Part shown: positions 9,007 through 17,097 of the stretch, piece by piece | Layout: each line of letters opens with the position of its first letter | Position numbering within the stretch: the stretch's first letter is position 1 | Source of the DNA: Flavobacteriales bacterium | GTDB lineage: Bacteria > Bacteroidota > Bacteroidia > Flavobacteriales_D > Crocinitomicaceae | Reading direction: 5' to 3' | Assembly: GCA_947488235.1 (NCBI GenBank) | Contig: CANLAQ010000004.1 | Coordinates: 17,294-81,293, forward strand | Length of the DNA: 64,000 nt | Notes under the pieces: model-generated | What the model was told of the DNA's origin: nothing | Database searches by the model: none | Seen by the model: only the letters and a program-made list of their open reading frames with translations | Made by a program: the position numbers and the translations under genes

Positions 9007-10341
9007 ATGAAGAATAGAACTATAAATGCTGTTGTAATACTTGGGATATTATCCTTAGTAACCATTCTAATGGTTCAGTTGCTTTGGATGAAAAAAACTA
9101 TTGATATCCAAGAAACAAGCATCGCTATTCAAGCAAAAGAAGATAGCTTAAATATCAAAGAGTTTGGACAACAAGTACATGTAGCACTCCGTAATGTATT
9201 AGAAGAAATTAATGAAAATACAGATAGTAATCTAGACTTATACGGAGCTGTTAAACAAATAAGGAGTAATCATTTTACAGTTGATATTAATGAAGAACTA
9301 CAGCCTTATTATCTAGAAACCTTATTAAAAAAAGCACTTTACAACCAAAATATTCATCAAGATTTCGTTTATGGAATCTATGACTGCTTTACTGATTCGA
9401 TTGTTTTTGGGAACTTAATAAAATTTAGTAAAGATTCCCTTTATGCACCAGTATCAGATTCGCTCATTGGTATTACACCAGAAACTTTAAACCTAAAAAA
9501 AGACGGGCATTACTTCACCGTCTTTTTTCCAAATGTAAAAGCAAGTTCCATCGAAGCACAAGTATTTATCTCTCCTTGGATTTATATTATTGTTATCGTT
9601 GTTTTAGTTCTTGTATTTTTTGGTTTTAGTCTAGCGATAATATTAAGGCAAAATCGGCTGTCTGAAATCAAAACAGACTTTATTAATAACATGACGCACG
9701 AATTAAAAACGCCCATTTCAACGATTAGTTTGTCGAGCGAACTTCTGATGAGATTGGATAAAGATTCTGATTTTGATAAAGTAAATAAATATGCTGGTAT
9801 TATTTTTAAAGAAAATAAACGCCTAGAAAATCAAGTGGAGCGTGTTTTAAATGTCGCAAAGTTAGATAAAGATCAAGTGGTGCTGAATAAAGAATTGTTT
9901 GATGTGCATGAATTATTGGAAGAAGTTAAAGAGAATTTTGAATTACATCATCTTGAAAAAGGAGGCAATATAACGCTAGTTTTGGCGGCTACCCAATTTG
10001 AAATTCAAGCTGACCCTGTTCATATTACTAATGTGATCTATAATTTATTAGACAATGCTTGTAAATATTGTGAAACAAGTCCTCAAATCGAAATTAGAAC
10101 AAAGAATGAAAGAGGTGGCATTAGCATTGAAATAGTGGATAATGGCATTGGAATCAAAAGAGAAAATTTAAAATCAATTTTTGAGAAATTCTATCGTGTA
10201 CCCACCGGAAATTTACATGATGTCAAAGGATTTGGATTGGGACTTTACTATGTAAAACTAATTGTTGACGCACATCATGGTAAGATTGAAGTCAAAAGCA
10301 ATTTTGGAAAAGGGACTCAATTTACACTGTTTATTCCTTAA
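9007..10341 (+). CDS. Membrane sensor histidine kinase (no adjacent response regulator)
   Basis: 444-aa ORF with two TM segments, H-box NMTHELKTPIS and HATPase motifs NLLDNACKY, DNGIGI, GFGLGLYYV. Confidence 0.85.
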   Translation: MKNRTINAVVILGILSLVTILMVQLLWMKKTIDIQETSIAIQAKEDSLNIKEFGQQVHVALRNVLEEINENTDSNLDLYGAVKQIRSNHFTVDINEELQPYYLETLLKKALYNQNIHQDFVYGIYDCFTDSIVFGNLIKFSKDSLYAPVSDSLIGITPETLNLKKDGHYFTVFFPNVKASSIEAQVFISPWIYIIVIVVLVLVFFGFSLAIILRQNRLSEIKTDFINNMTHELKTPISTISLSSELLMRLDKDSDFDKVNKYAGIIFKENKRLENQVERVLNVAKLDKDQVVLNKELFDVHELLEEVKENFELHHLEKGGNITLVLAATQFEIQADPVHITNVIYNLLDNACKYCETSPQIEIRTKNERGGISIEIVDNGIGIKRENLKSIFEKFYRVPTGNLHDVKGFGLGLYYVKLIVDAHHGKIEVKSNFGKGTQFTLFIP

Positions 10342-10720
10342 TTTTTCTCAGTTGAATGATGGGTTGAGGTCGAATACCATCTCTAAGTAAAATCTTTCTT
10401 TTAGCATCCACTTGAACCTTTTCCTCTAAGGCATACTCTGGAATCTTAATGGTGAAATAAGCTTGTTTTTTTTGAACACTAAGTGCTGTGATTTCTCCTT
10501 CGTAATTCAAGTCGCCAATAGTTAATAAGTATTCTGTTTTGCTAATGGTAATTGAAATAGGAGCCGAAGACACCCTAAAGAGTTCCTCCCCTGAATTGAA
10601 TTCATAAGGAGGAATGATTCCCGTGTAAGTCCCTCTAAATTTTCTTTTTACTTTAATGTCCTGAGCTGAAGAAATGAAACAGGAAATCAATAAAATAATT
10701 AAAACACCTATGTTTTTCAT
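10331..10720 (-). CDS. Hypothetical secreted protein
   Basis: 129-aa ORF with signal peptide MKNIGVLIILLISCFISSAQ. I recognise no family. It overlaps the convergent kinase gene by 11 bp. Confidence 0.5.
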   Translation of the reverse strand: MKNIGVLIILLISCFISSAQDIKVKRKFRGTYTGIIPPYEFNSGEELFRVSSAPISITISKTEYLLTIGDLNYEGEITALSVQKKQAYFTIKIPEYALEEKVQVDAKRKILLRDGIRPQPIIQLRKIKE

Positions 10721-10888
10721 AAAACGAAGTTACACTTTTCAATAAATTATAAGGAAAATCAGGGGCTTTCTTTGAAAAAAAATTTGACCTTTCATATTGG
10801 TTATTAACTTGTTCAAAAAACAAAAATAAATTCGAGCACTTAATTGCTGATTTCAATTAAATTCGCAGAAGGAATTTTCTTAAAGAAC

Positions 10889-11683
10889 ATGAAACAATAT
10901 CACGATTTATTACAGCATATTTTAAAGGAAGGCGTACGCAAGGAAGACAGAACGGGAACCGGTACGCTATCTGTTTTTGGATATCAAATGCGCTACGATT
11001 TAAATGAAGGTTTCCCTTGCTTAACCACCAAAAAATTGCACTTGCGTTCCATTATTCATGAATTACTTTGGTTTTTGAAAGGTGATACGAATATTGGTTA
11101 TCTTAAAGAACATAATGTTCGTATTTGGGATGAATGGGCCGATGAAAATGGAGAACTTGGACCTGTTTATGGACATCAGTGGAGAAGTTGGCCAGCAAAA
11201 GATGGTGGAACTATTGATCAGATATCGCAGGTAATTGATCAAATTAAAAACAATCCCAATTCAAGACGCCTCATTGTTTCTGCATGGAATGTTGCTGATG
11301 TAAATGAAATGGCACTTCCTCCTTGTCATTGTTTTTTTCAATTTTATGTAGCAGACGGAAAGTTAAGTTGTCAATTGTACCAGAGAAGCGCTGACACATT
11401 CTTAGGTGTGCCTTTTAATATTGCTTCCTACGCTTTATTAACGATGATGATTGCCCAAGTTTGTGATTTAAAATTAGGAGAATTTATACATACTTTAGGT
11501 GATACACATTTGTATACCAATCATCTAGATCAAGCGCAATTGCAATTGACTAGAGATCTTCGTGACTTACCAACTATGAAACTTAATGCTGATGTTAAGG
11601 ATATTTTTGGCTTCACGATAGATGATTTTGAATTGATCAATTATGATCCACATCCACATATAAAAGGAGCAGTAGCCGTTTGA
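10889..11683 (+). CDS. thyA: Thymidylate synthase
   Basis: [51 protein letters not shown] is collinear with the 264-aa E. coli ThyA. I chose the ATG at 10889 over the TTG-extended ORF-track start at 10844. Confidence 0.95.
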   Translation: MKQYHDLLQHILKEGVRKEDRTGTGTLSVFGYQMRYDLNEGFPCLTTKKLHLRSIIHELLWFLKGDTNIGYLKEHNVRIWDEWADENGELGPVYGHQWRSWPAKDGGTIDQISQVIDQIKNNPNSRRLIVSAWNVADVNEMALPPCHCFFQFYVADGKLSCQLYQRSADTFLGVPFNIASYALLTMMIAQVCDLKLGEFIHTLGDTHLYTNHLDQAQLQLTRDLRDLPTMKLNADVKDIFGFTIDDFELINYDPHPHIKGAVAV

Positions 11684-12192
11684 AAAAGACAAGTATTATT
11701 GTAGCAATGGATGCCAAAAATGGCATTGGAAAAGACAATGATTTGATGTGGCACTTGCCGATCGATATGAAGTTTTTTAAAACCCAAACAGAAAATGAAA
11801 TCGTTGTGATGGGAAGGAAAAACTTTGAATCAATTCCAGAACGCTTTCGTCCACTTTCCAATAGATTGAATGTTATCTTGACCCGAAACAAGGATTTTGA
11901 AGCCGCTGGTTGTCTTGTCTTTAACGACATGAAAGATTGTATCTCAACTTTGAGTAATAGAGAAGAGAAAATATATATTATTGGCGGTGGTGAAATCTAT
12001 AAGCAAGCGCTTGAATTGGATCTTGTTGAAGAAATGTATATCAGTCATGTGGATTGTGAACTTGATGCTGATACTTTTTTTCCAATAATCGACGAACAGC
12101 AGTGGGAGATCAAGACCCTTCAAGATCATCCTAAAAATGAAAAACATGCTTATTCTTTTGCAATTAAATATTACAAGCAGATTAAACGGTAA
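11680..12192 (+). CDS. folA: Dihydrofolate reductase
   Basis: 170-aa ORF with [29 protein letters not shown] and [12 protein letters not shown]. The TTG start overlaps the thyA stop (gtTTGA), indicating translational coupling. Confidence 0.9.
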   Translation: MKKTSIIVAMDAKNGIGKDNDLMWHLPIDMKFFKTQTENEIVVMGRKNFESIPERFRPLSNRLNVILTRNKDFEAAGCLVFNDMKDCISTLSNREEKIYIIGGGEIYKQALELDLVEEMYISHVDCELDADTFFPIIDEQQWEIKTLQDHPKNEKHAYSFAIKYYKQIKR

Positions 12193-12224
12193 TATATTAT
12201 ATTTACTAAATAAAATACAAGCAT

Positions 12225-12749
12225 ATGTTAGCTCCTTTCAACCTAAAAAAATGGATTTCAGACAACAGAGATTTATTAAAGCCACCTATTTCAAATAAAA
12301 ATTTATACATCGAAGCAGGTGACTTCATCGTAATGGTGGTAGGCGGACCGAATGCGCGAAAAGATTATCATTACAATGAAAGTGAAGAACTTTTTTATCA
12401 AATTGAAGGAGATATTACGGTAAGAATTCAGCATGAAGGCAAGCCTATGGACATCGAGGTGAAGGAAGGTGATATATTTTTATTGCCTGGAAATACACCC
12501 CACTCTCCTATCCGTGGAGCAAATACCGTTGGATTAGTTATTGAACGCGTAAGAATAGGAAGCGATTTAGAAGATGGTTTGTTTTGGTTTTGCGAGAACT
12601 GCAATAACGAATTGAAATCTTACCGATTCAAATTAAATAATATCGAAGTAGATTTCTTGTCTCGATTTAAAGAATTCTATGCTTCTTTAGAGATGAGGAC
12701 TTGTAATAAATGCGGTACAATAATGGAAACAGACCCTAAGTTCTCTTAG
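12225..12749 (+). CDS. 3-hydroxyanthranilate 3,4-dioxygenase (cupin)
   Basis: 174-aa ORF with the Fe ligand pattern DYHYNESEELFYQ..GNTPHSP and a C-terminal rubredoxin-like 4-Cys site (CENC...CNKC), as in bacterial HAO/NbaC. Confidence 0.85.
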   Translation: MLAPFNLKKWISDNRDLLKPPISNKNLYIEAGDFIVMVVGGPNARKDYHYNESEELFYQIEGDITVRIQHEGKPMDIEVKEGDIFLLPGNTPHSPIRGANTVGLVIERVRIGSDLEDGLFWFCENCNNELKSYRFKLNNIEVDFLSRFKEFYASLEMRTCNKCGTIMETDPKFS

Positions 12750-13183
12750 TTATTCTGTGGTTCAAAGGTCATTAAATACACTCCTTGAGAAGTGTATTGC
12801 TCTAATACCAATGTTTTATTTTTCAACTCTTTAATGGTATAAGTTACCGGAATATCTAATCCTACTTGCAATAATGACAAGGTAGTTTTCTCTGTCTCTA
12901 GCGTCCAATCACCATGAATGTAGCTTGTAGTGATTTGACCCAATGCAGTTTGAGAGTCAGCCATAGAAAAGGTTCCGTCTTTATCAATAGAAAGCGTTTT
13001 TGAAGGAACTTTAGAAATTACTTCATTCCCATCTTTTAAGATACTTACCAACTCCCAATTGTTACACAATCGAGCAGTTTTAGTCAAAATTGAAAATTTT
13101 GGACCGTTAGGATATTTATCACAAGAATTTAATACAACCATTGTTGTAACAATAAGCGCCAAAGAAAAGATGAATTTTTTCAT
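12746..13183 (-). CDS. Lipocalin-like lipoprotein, paralog 1
   Basis: 145-aa ORF with lipobox LNSC. The pattern KFSILTK..R..NNWELVS..DG...DKDGTF...G.W is shared with the neighbouring ORF. Confidence 0.55.
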   Translation of the reverse strand: MKKFIFSLALIVTTMVVLNSCDKYPNGPKFSILTKTARLCNNWELVSILKDGNEVISKVPSKTLSIDKDGTFSMADSQTALGQITTSYIHGDWTLETEKTTLSLLQVGLDIPVTYTIKELKNKTLVLEQYTSQGVYLMTFEPQNN

Positions 13184-13225
13184 AAACTATTTTTATCAAA
13201 TGTACTACTTTCTAATTTGAAAGCA

Positions 13226-13258
13226 AAAAAAAAGCCATCCGAAGATGGCTTTTAAAAA
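13226..13258 (-). terminator. Rho-independent terminator after the lipocalin-like paralog 2 gene
   Basis: A 7-bp stem agccatc/gatggct (13233-13239 / 13244-13250) with loop cgaa is flanked by A and T runs. On the minus strand the hairpin is followed by TTTTTTTTT. Confidence 0.7.
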
Positions 13259-13267
13259 ATTTCTAAC

Positions 13268-13708
13268 TTATTTAGTTGCCCAAACAGTAATCATAGTTGA
13301 ATTGTTTGATGAATCGAACTGTGATAATTTCATATCGTCCTTAGCCAATTGAATTATAGTCCATTCCCCAGTTACAGTTGTGCCTGTCTCAATAGTAAGT
13401 AATTTCGTTTTGTCATCACTAAATGACCATGTTCCTGTAACAGTATCTGTATAAGTTTGACCTAACAAAGTATATGCAGTTGTATTGGAATAAGTACCAT
13501 CTTTTAGAAATTTAATAGTAACAACCAAGCCAGTCATGTTTAAAGATGTACCATCTTGAGTCATGGATACCAAGTTCCACTCATTGATCACGCGTGATTT
13601 TTTAGTTAACAAAGTGAATTTTGATCCTTCGTCATACTTACTACACGATGTCATCATTGTACTAGTAGCCAAAGCTGCTACAAATCCAATTAAAAATAAT
13701 TTTTTCAT
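13268..13708 (-). CDS. Lipocalin-like lipoprotein, paralog 2
   Basis: 146-aa ORF with lipobox MTSC. It is collinear with the 12746..13183 product (KFTLLTKKSRVINEWNLVS..DG..LKDGTY..GTW). Confidence 0.55.
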   Translation of the reverse strand: MKKLFLIGFVAALATSTMMTSCSKYDEGSKFTLLTKKSRVINEWNLVSMTQDGTSLNMTGLVVTIKFLKDGTYSNTTAYTLLGQTYTDTVTGTWSFSDDKTKLLTIETGTTVTGEWTIIQLAKDDMKLSQFDSSNNSTMITVWATK

Positions 13709-13806
13709 AAATGTTTTTTAGAAATTAATTAAAAATTTATCCAAAGAAAAGCTTTTTACCCGTCAAAAAGACTTTACCTTTGTTGCAGTCTAAATACGGA
13801 ACGAAT

Positions 13807-14190
13807 ATGAAAAAGTTGCTTATTATAATAACATCATTAAATTTTTTACTTTTATCATGTAGTGAAAGCGCTAAAAATGAAGTGAATACGCCTAAAAAAA
13901 TTAGTGTTGCCAATCAAAAAATTACACTTGAAGTAGAAGGAATGGTTTGTAAAATGGGTTGTGGGGGTTCCATTAGAAAAGCACTTTTAGAGACTAAATC
14001 TGTCAGTCAAGTTGATGTTGATTACCAAGACGATCGTACTAAGCAAATAGTGAGTGTCTTTTATAATAAAAGTCAAATAAATAAAAGTACCATCGTGAAC
14101 CTCTTGGAGACAATCAACGACAAGCAATTTAAAATTGCAGTATTAGACGAGCAAGCAATAGCAGCAAAAACTCCATCTAAAGGGAAGTAA
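13807..14190 (+). CDS. Heavy-metal-associated (HMA) domain lipoprotein with an atypical CxxxC motif
   Basis: The ATG at 13807 gives MKKLLIIITSLNFLLLSC (lipobox). The HMA-like core LEVEGMVCKMGCGGSIRKAL has Cys spacing C-K-M-G-C instead of the canonical GMxCxxC. Confidence 0.65.
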   Translation: MKKLLIIITSLNFLLLSCSESAKNEVNTPKKISVANQKITLEVEGMVCKMGCGGSIRKALLETKSVSQVDVDYQDDRTKQIVSVFYNKSQINKSTIVNLLETINDKQFKIAVLDEQAIAAKTPSKGK

Positions 14191-14196
14191 AATAGC

Positions 14197-14958
14197 ATGC
14201 AGCTAAATTTCAGAACATTAGGGAGTGGTAAACCACTTATAATTTTACATGGTCTATTTGGATCAGCAGACAATTGGCAGAGTCAAGCCAAAATATTCGC
14301 TACTTACTTTCAAGTTTATCTCATTGATTTACGGAATCACGGACATTCACCTTGGAGTGAGGAGCACAATTATACCTTACTTGCAGAAGATGTACAGAAG
14401 CTACTTGAGGAACAGAAAGTAGAAAACGCAATTGTCCTGGGACATTCTATGGGAGGAAAAGTGGCCATGACGCTTGCTCAAAATACGATTGGTTTGGTAG
14501 AGAAATTAATCGTTGTAGATATGGGCATGAAACAATATCCCTTGCATCATCAACATATATTGGGAGGATTGAATGCTGTTGATCTAAATTCAATTTCATC
14601 TAGGTCTGAAGTAGAATTGATTCTAAGAGAATACATAAACTCTGAGGGAGTTTTACAATTTTTGCTCAAAAATTTATATTGGAAGCAAAAAGGATCTCTG
14701 GCCTGGCGGATGAATTTTAAAGCATTGGAAATTCACATGGATGAAATTCTTGAGGTCATTCCTGAAAAAGAAGTGATGATACAGACCTTATTTATTCGAG
14801 GAGGTTTATCTAATTATATTTTAGATGATGATATTCCTGATCTGGAAAATAATTTTCCTGACAGTCAATTTGAAACCATCGAAACGGCAGGACATTGGGT
14901 ACATGCCGAGGCGCCAGATGAATTTATTTCGATCGTTTTAGGGTTTTGTTTGCGATAG
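14197..14958 (+). CDS. Alpha/beta hydrolase (YbfF-like esterase)
   Basis: 253-aa ORF with HGLFGS oxyanion region, nucleophile elbow GHSMGG and a C-terminal GHWVH catalytic His. Confidence 0.8.
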   Translation: MQLNFRTLGSGKPLIILHGLFGSADNWQSQAKIFATYFQVYLIDLRNHGHSPWSEEHNYTLLAEDVQKLLEEQKVENAIVLGHSMGGKVAMTLAQNTIGLVEKLIVVDMGMKQYPLHHQHILGGLNAVDLNSISSRSEVELILREYINSEGVLQFLLKNLYWKQKGSLAWRMNFKALEIHMDEILEVIPEKEVMIQTLFIRGGLSNYILDDDIPDLENNFPDSQFETIETAGHWVHAEAPDEFISIVLGFCLR

Positions 14959-15137
14959 ATATGGGCAATTGCCCATATCCACGCAAACAGGCAATTGCCC
15001 ATATCCACGCAAACAGGTAATTGCCCATATCCACGCAAACGAGTTGTTGATACGGGCAATTGCCCGTATCAACGAATAACCGAATACCCGAATCAACAAA
15101 TAACCGAATACCCGAATCAACGATTACCCGAATCAAC
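14958..15137. repeat. Composite REP-like repeat array of two perfect palindromes, two tandem repeat families and a shared 11-nt motif
   Basis: Read directly from the sequence. There is a 22-bp perfect palindrome gatatgggcaattgcccatatc at 14958-14979. A 26-bp tandem unit gcaattgcccatatccacgcaaacag occurs 3 times (14965-14990, 14991-15016, and 15017-15042 with 2 mismatches). A 28-bp perfect palindrome gttgatacgggcaattgcccgtatcaac sits at 15046-15073. A 24-bp unit caacgaataaccgaatacccgaat occurs about 2.7 times (15070-15093, 15094-15117, and a partial copy at 15118-15133). The motif CCC[AG][TA]ATC[CA]AC occurs 7 times in direct orientation. Confidence 0.9.
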
Positions 15138-15657
15138 GATCATTCTCATTGAATGAATCATTAATCCATTTCAATGGATTATTAATAATATATCGCCGAA
15201 TAGCATTTAAGGCCTTTTCGTTTCGAATAATACGATCATGATAAAGCGATTGCCATTCAAATTCAATATTATTTTGGTTGGCATATCGTTTTAACGATGA
15301 TTTGAATGCTCGTATCACTGCCCCTAAATTTTGTGATTGCACACCAAATTTATTTGGAGTCCAATCTTTTTTATCTGGTCTATTGAAAAATAAAATTCCA
15401 TGAATATGATTGGGCATTACTACAAATTGATCTATTTCGACAAAGGGATAATGCGCAGGAATTTCTTTCCAAAATTCATTAGCAATTTTACCAATTTCAG
15501 AAAAATCCGAGATTTCACCAAAATAATTTATACGGTTTTTGGTGCAAATGGTAACGAAATAATATCCATGAGATCCATAATCATATCCTTGAAGTCGAGT
15601 AGATTCGGAACGATATTTGTTTTGAAATTTTGTGATTGTTATTTTTTTCGTCAGTAA
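15133..15657 (-). CDS. IS200/IS605-type Y1 transposase homolog (REP-associated tyrosine transposase-like); stop-to-stop frame with no canonical start
   Basis: The ORF track reports only 15133..15417 (MPNHIHGILFF...). My translation shows the same frame stays open up to 15657 and reads ..KFQNKYRSESTRLQGYDYGSHGYYFVTICTKNRINYFGEI..EFWKEIPAHYPFVEIDQFVVMPNHIHGIL... This contains the N-terminal beta-strands, the HUH motif (HIH), and a C-terminal WQSLYHDRIIR..YIINNPLKW segment carrying the putative catalytic Tyr. There is no ATG, GTG or TTG upstream of the HUH motif. Confidence 0.75.
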   Translation of the reverse strand, partial: LLTKKITITKFQNKYRSESTRLQGYDYGSHGYYFVTICTKNRINYFGEISDFSEIGKIANEFWKEIPAHYPFVEIDQFVVMPNHIHGILFFNRPDKKDWTPNKFGVQSQNLGAVIRAFKSSLKRYANQNNIEFEWQSLYHDRIIRNEKALNAIRRYIINNPLKWINDSFNENDR

Positions 15658-15697
15658 TTAGAAGTTGCTTCTTTGAACGAAATAAATCAACTTATAT

Positions 15698-16201
15698 TCA
15701 TCGTTTTTTATAAATCGGAACGGTAGAACAAGGTTCTCCATACATCAAGGATTTAACAACAGGTCTAATGTGAGCAACAAGGGCAGTACTTGCGAAATCA
15801 GGATTAGGAATGTCTGAACATCCTTTTACAATGACTCTTTGATCTTTAAACTTGGATAGGTCTAAATTTTGAATCTCCCTTTCGATGAGTCTTTTCTCTA
15901 AATCAATTTTTGAACCTACTAAAAAATAAACGGAAAACTTAGAAAGTTCACTTCCAATAAGCATGTATGCCCATGTTGGAATAATGGCATCAGAGGAGCA
16001 GAATATATAAACCGCTGTATTTTCATAAGCCGACCAATCATGAGTCGAAATCCAAGCGCGAAAATCTTTTTCACGCAGCACCATCCCTTGCCATAATTGT
16101 TCGGTTAAATCAATTCCTAATATGGGAATAGTTGGCTTAAATTCTGCCATGTCCAATTGAATTAGACCGCTATCTTTTATTTTATTGACAATTTCAGCCA
16201 T
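15698..16201 (-). CDS. DUF2480 family protein
   Basis: 167-aa ORF. DFRAWISTHDWSAY..IIPTWAYML..VKGCSDIP..MYGEPCSTVPIYKK matches my recollection of Bacteroidota DUF2480 proteins. Confidence 0.55.
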   Translation of the reverse strand: MAEIVNKIKDSGLIQLDMAEFKPTIPILGIDLTEQLWQGMVLREKDFRAWISTHDWSAYENTAVYIFCSSDAIIPTWAYMLIGSELSKFSVYFLVGSKIDLEKRLIEREIQNLDLSKFKDQRVIVKGCSDIPNPDFASTALVAHIRPVVKSLMYGEPCSTVPIYKKR

Positions 16202-16212
16202 AATATTTAAAA

Positions 16213-17091
16213 TTAATAGGTGCTGGTACTTCCACCAATATTTTCAATGGGATGCCAAGTAGTTTTGATTTCCTGTAAATCCGCTATAAAAGTTAATCCT
16301 TGAGATTCCGGCTGATTGAAGTCTTCTGTATAGGTGAATTTTCTTTTTAAATTATCAATACAAGCCTCAGCAATAGCATTTTCAATTGCTCCTAAATCAC
16401 TTGAAATAAGAGCGTTAATGTCCATGTGTGAAGCCATAATTGGAGCAATCTCGTCTTGTTTACCTGTTAGAATGTTAACTACACCTGCTGGCACATCCGA
16501 ATCATTTAATACTTCTGCAAATGAAATAGCACTTATTGGTAGATTTTCTGAAGCAAGCGCAACAAGGGTGTTTCCTCCTGCTAATGCTGGTAAGATTAAA
16601 GAAACGAGTCCTATTAATGCAGTATTTTGAGGGGCAATAAGCGCCACAATTCCCATAGGTTCGCAGGTAGAAAAATTAAAATGGGAGGAATTTACTGGGT
16701 TCACTGAACTCAACACTTGATTATACTTGTCGCACCAACCTGCGTAATACACGATGCGATCCAGCGTTGTTGAAAATTCTAGCACTGCTTCTTCCAGAGA
16801 ACTTCCCTGTTTTTGAAATTCCTTTAAAAATATTTCTTTTCTATCTGAAAATAGCTCTGCAATACGGTATAAAATTTGCGAACGATTCAATGCGCTTCGT
16901 TCCTCCCAAGGTCCTTGTGCTTTCCTTGCAGCAACAACAGCATTTCTCAAATCCTTTCGAGATGACAGGCAAATATTTCCTAAAACTTCTCCTTGTTTTG
17001 AAACTGGAGCATAGAACCTTCCAGATTCAGTTCTAGGAAATGCTCCTCCAATATATAGCTTGTAGGTTTTTAAAACTTCCAAATTACTCAT
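16213..17091 (-). CDS. Truncated aldehyde-dehydrogenase-like protein (cofactor-binding half only, lacks catalytic domain)
   Basis: The 292-aa ORF aligns by eye with residues about 30-290 of the upstream 489-aa ALDH (YKLYIGG.., YYAGWCDK, ALAGGNTLV, PAGVVNILTG) and ends before the ELGG Glu and the catalytic Cys motif. The conserved Lys of the VLKPAE segment is replaced (LVALASE). Confidence 0.7.
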   Translation of the reverse strand: MSNLEVLKTYKLYIGGAFPRTESGRFYAPVSKQGEVLGNICLSSRKDLRNAVVAARKAQGPWEERSALNRSQILYRIAELFSDRKEIFLKEFQKQGSSLEEAVLEFSTTLDRIVYYAGWCDKYNQVLSSVNPVNSSHFNFSTCEPMGIVALIAPQNTALIGLVSLILPALAGGNTLVALASENLPISAISFAEVLNDSDVPAGVVNILTGKQDEIAPIMASHMDINALISSDLGAIENAIAEACIDNLKRKFTYTEDFNQPESQGLTFIADLQEIKTTWHPIENIGGSTSTY

Positions 17092-17097
17092 AACTCA

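Noticed and set aside
10844-10888. TTG-initiated 15-codon N-terminal extension of thyA in the ORF track
   Set aside because: The ATG at 10889 gives a 264-aa product collinear from residue 1 with E. coli ThyA (MKQY...). The extension has no counterpart.
14975-15036. Possible DnaA-box cluster (oriC, datA or DARS-like), because ATATCCACG recurs three times at 26-bp spacing and resembles TTATCCACA
   Set aside because: Each copy matches only 7 of 9 positions, and the mismatches include the terminal A of the CACA core. There is no adjacent AT-rich unwinding element with 13-mer-like repeats, and no dnaA or dnaN nearby. The motif is fully explained as part of the palindrome-derived repeat next to the Y1 transposase gene. 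A genome-wide GC-skew or DnaA ChIP analysis would be needed to revive this idea.
14865-15136. Three overlapping minus-strand ORFs of 60-70 aa (14865..15059, 14924..15136, 14938..15120)
   Set aside because: Their repetitive peptide sequences (e.g. VDSGIRLFVDSGIRLF) are direct translations of the tandem DNA repeats. They overlap one another in different frames and also overlap the hydrolase 3' end.
14958-15137. Possible CRISPR array, because of regularly spaced direct repeats
   Set aside because: The 26-bp and 24-bp units are contiguous tandem repeats with no unique spacers. There are only about 3 copies of each, and no cas genes are in the window.
15400-15657. Plus-strand 85-aa ORF
   Set aside because: It is antisense to the conserved N-terminal half of the Y1 transposase-like frame. 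Its low-complexity sequence has no recognisable features.
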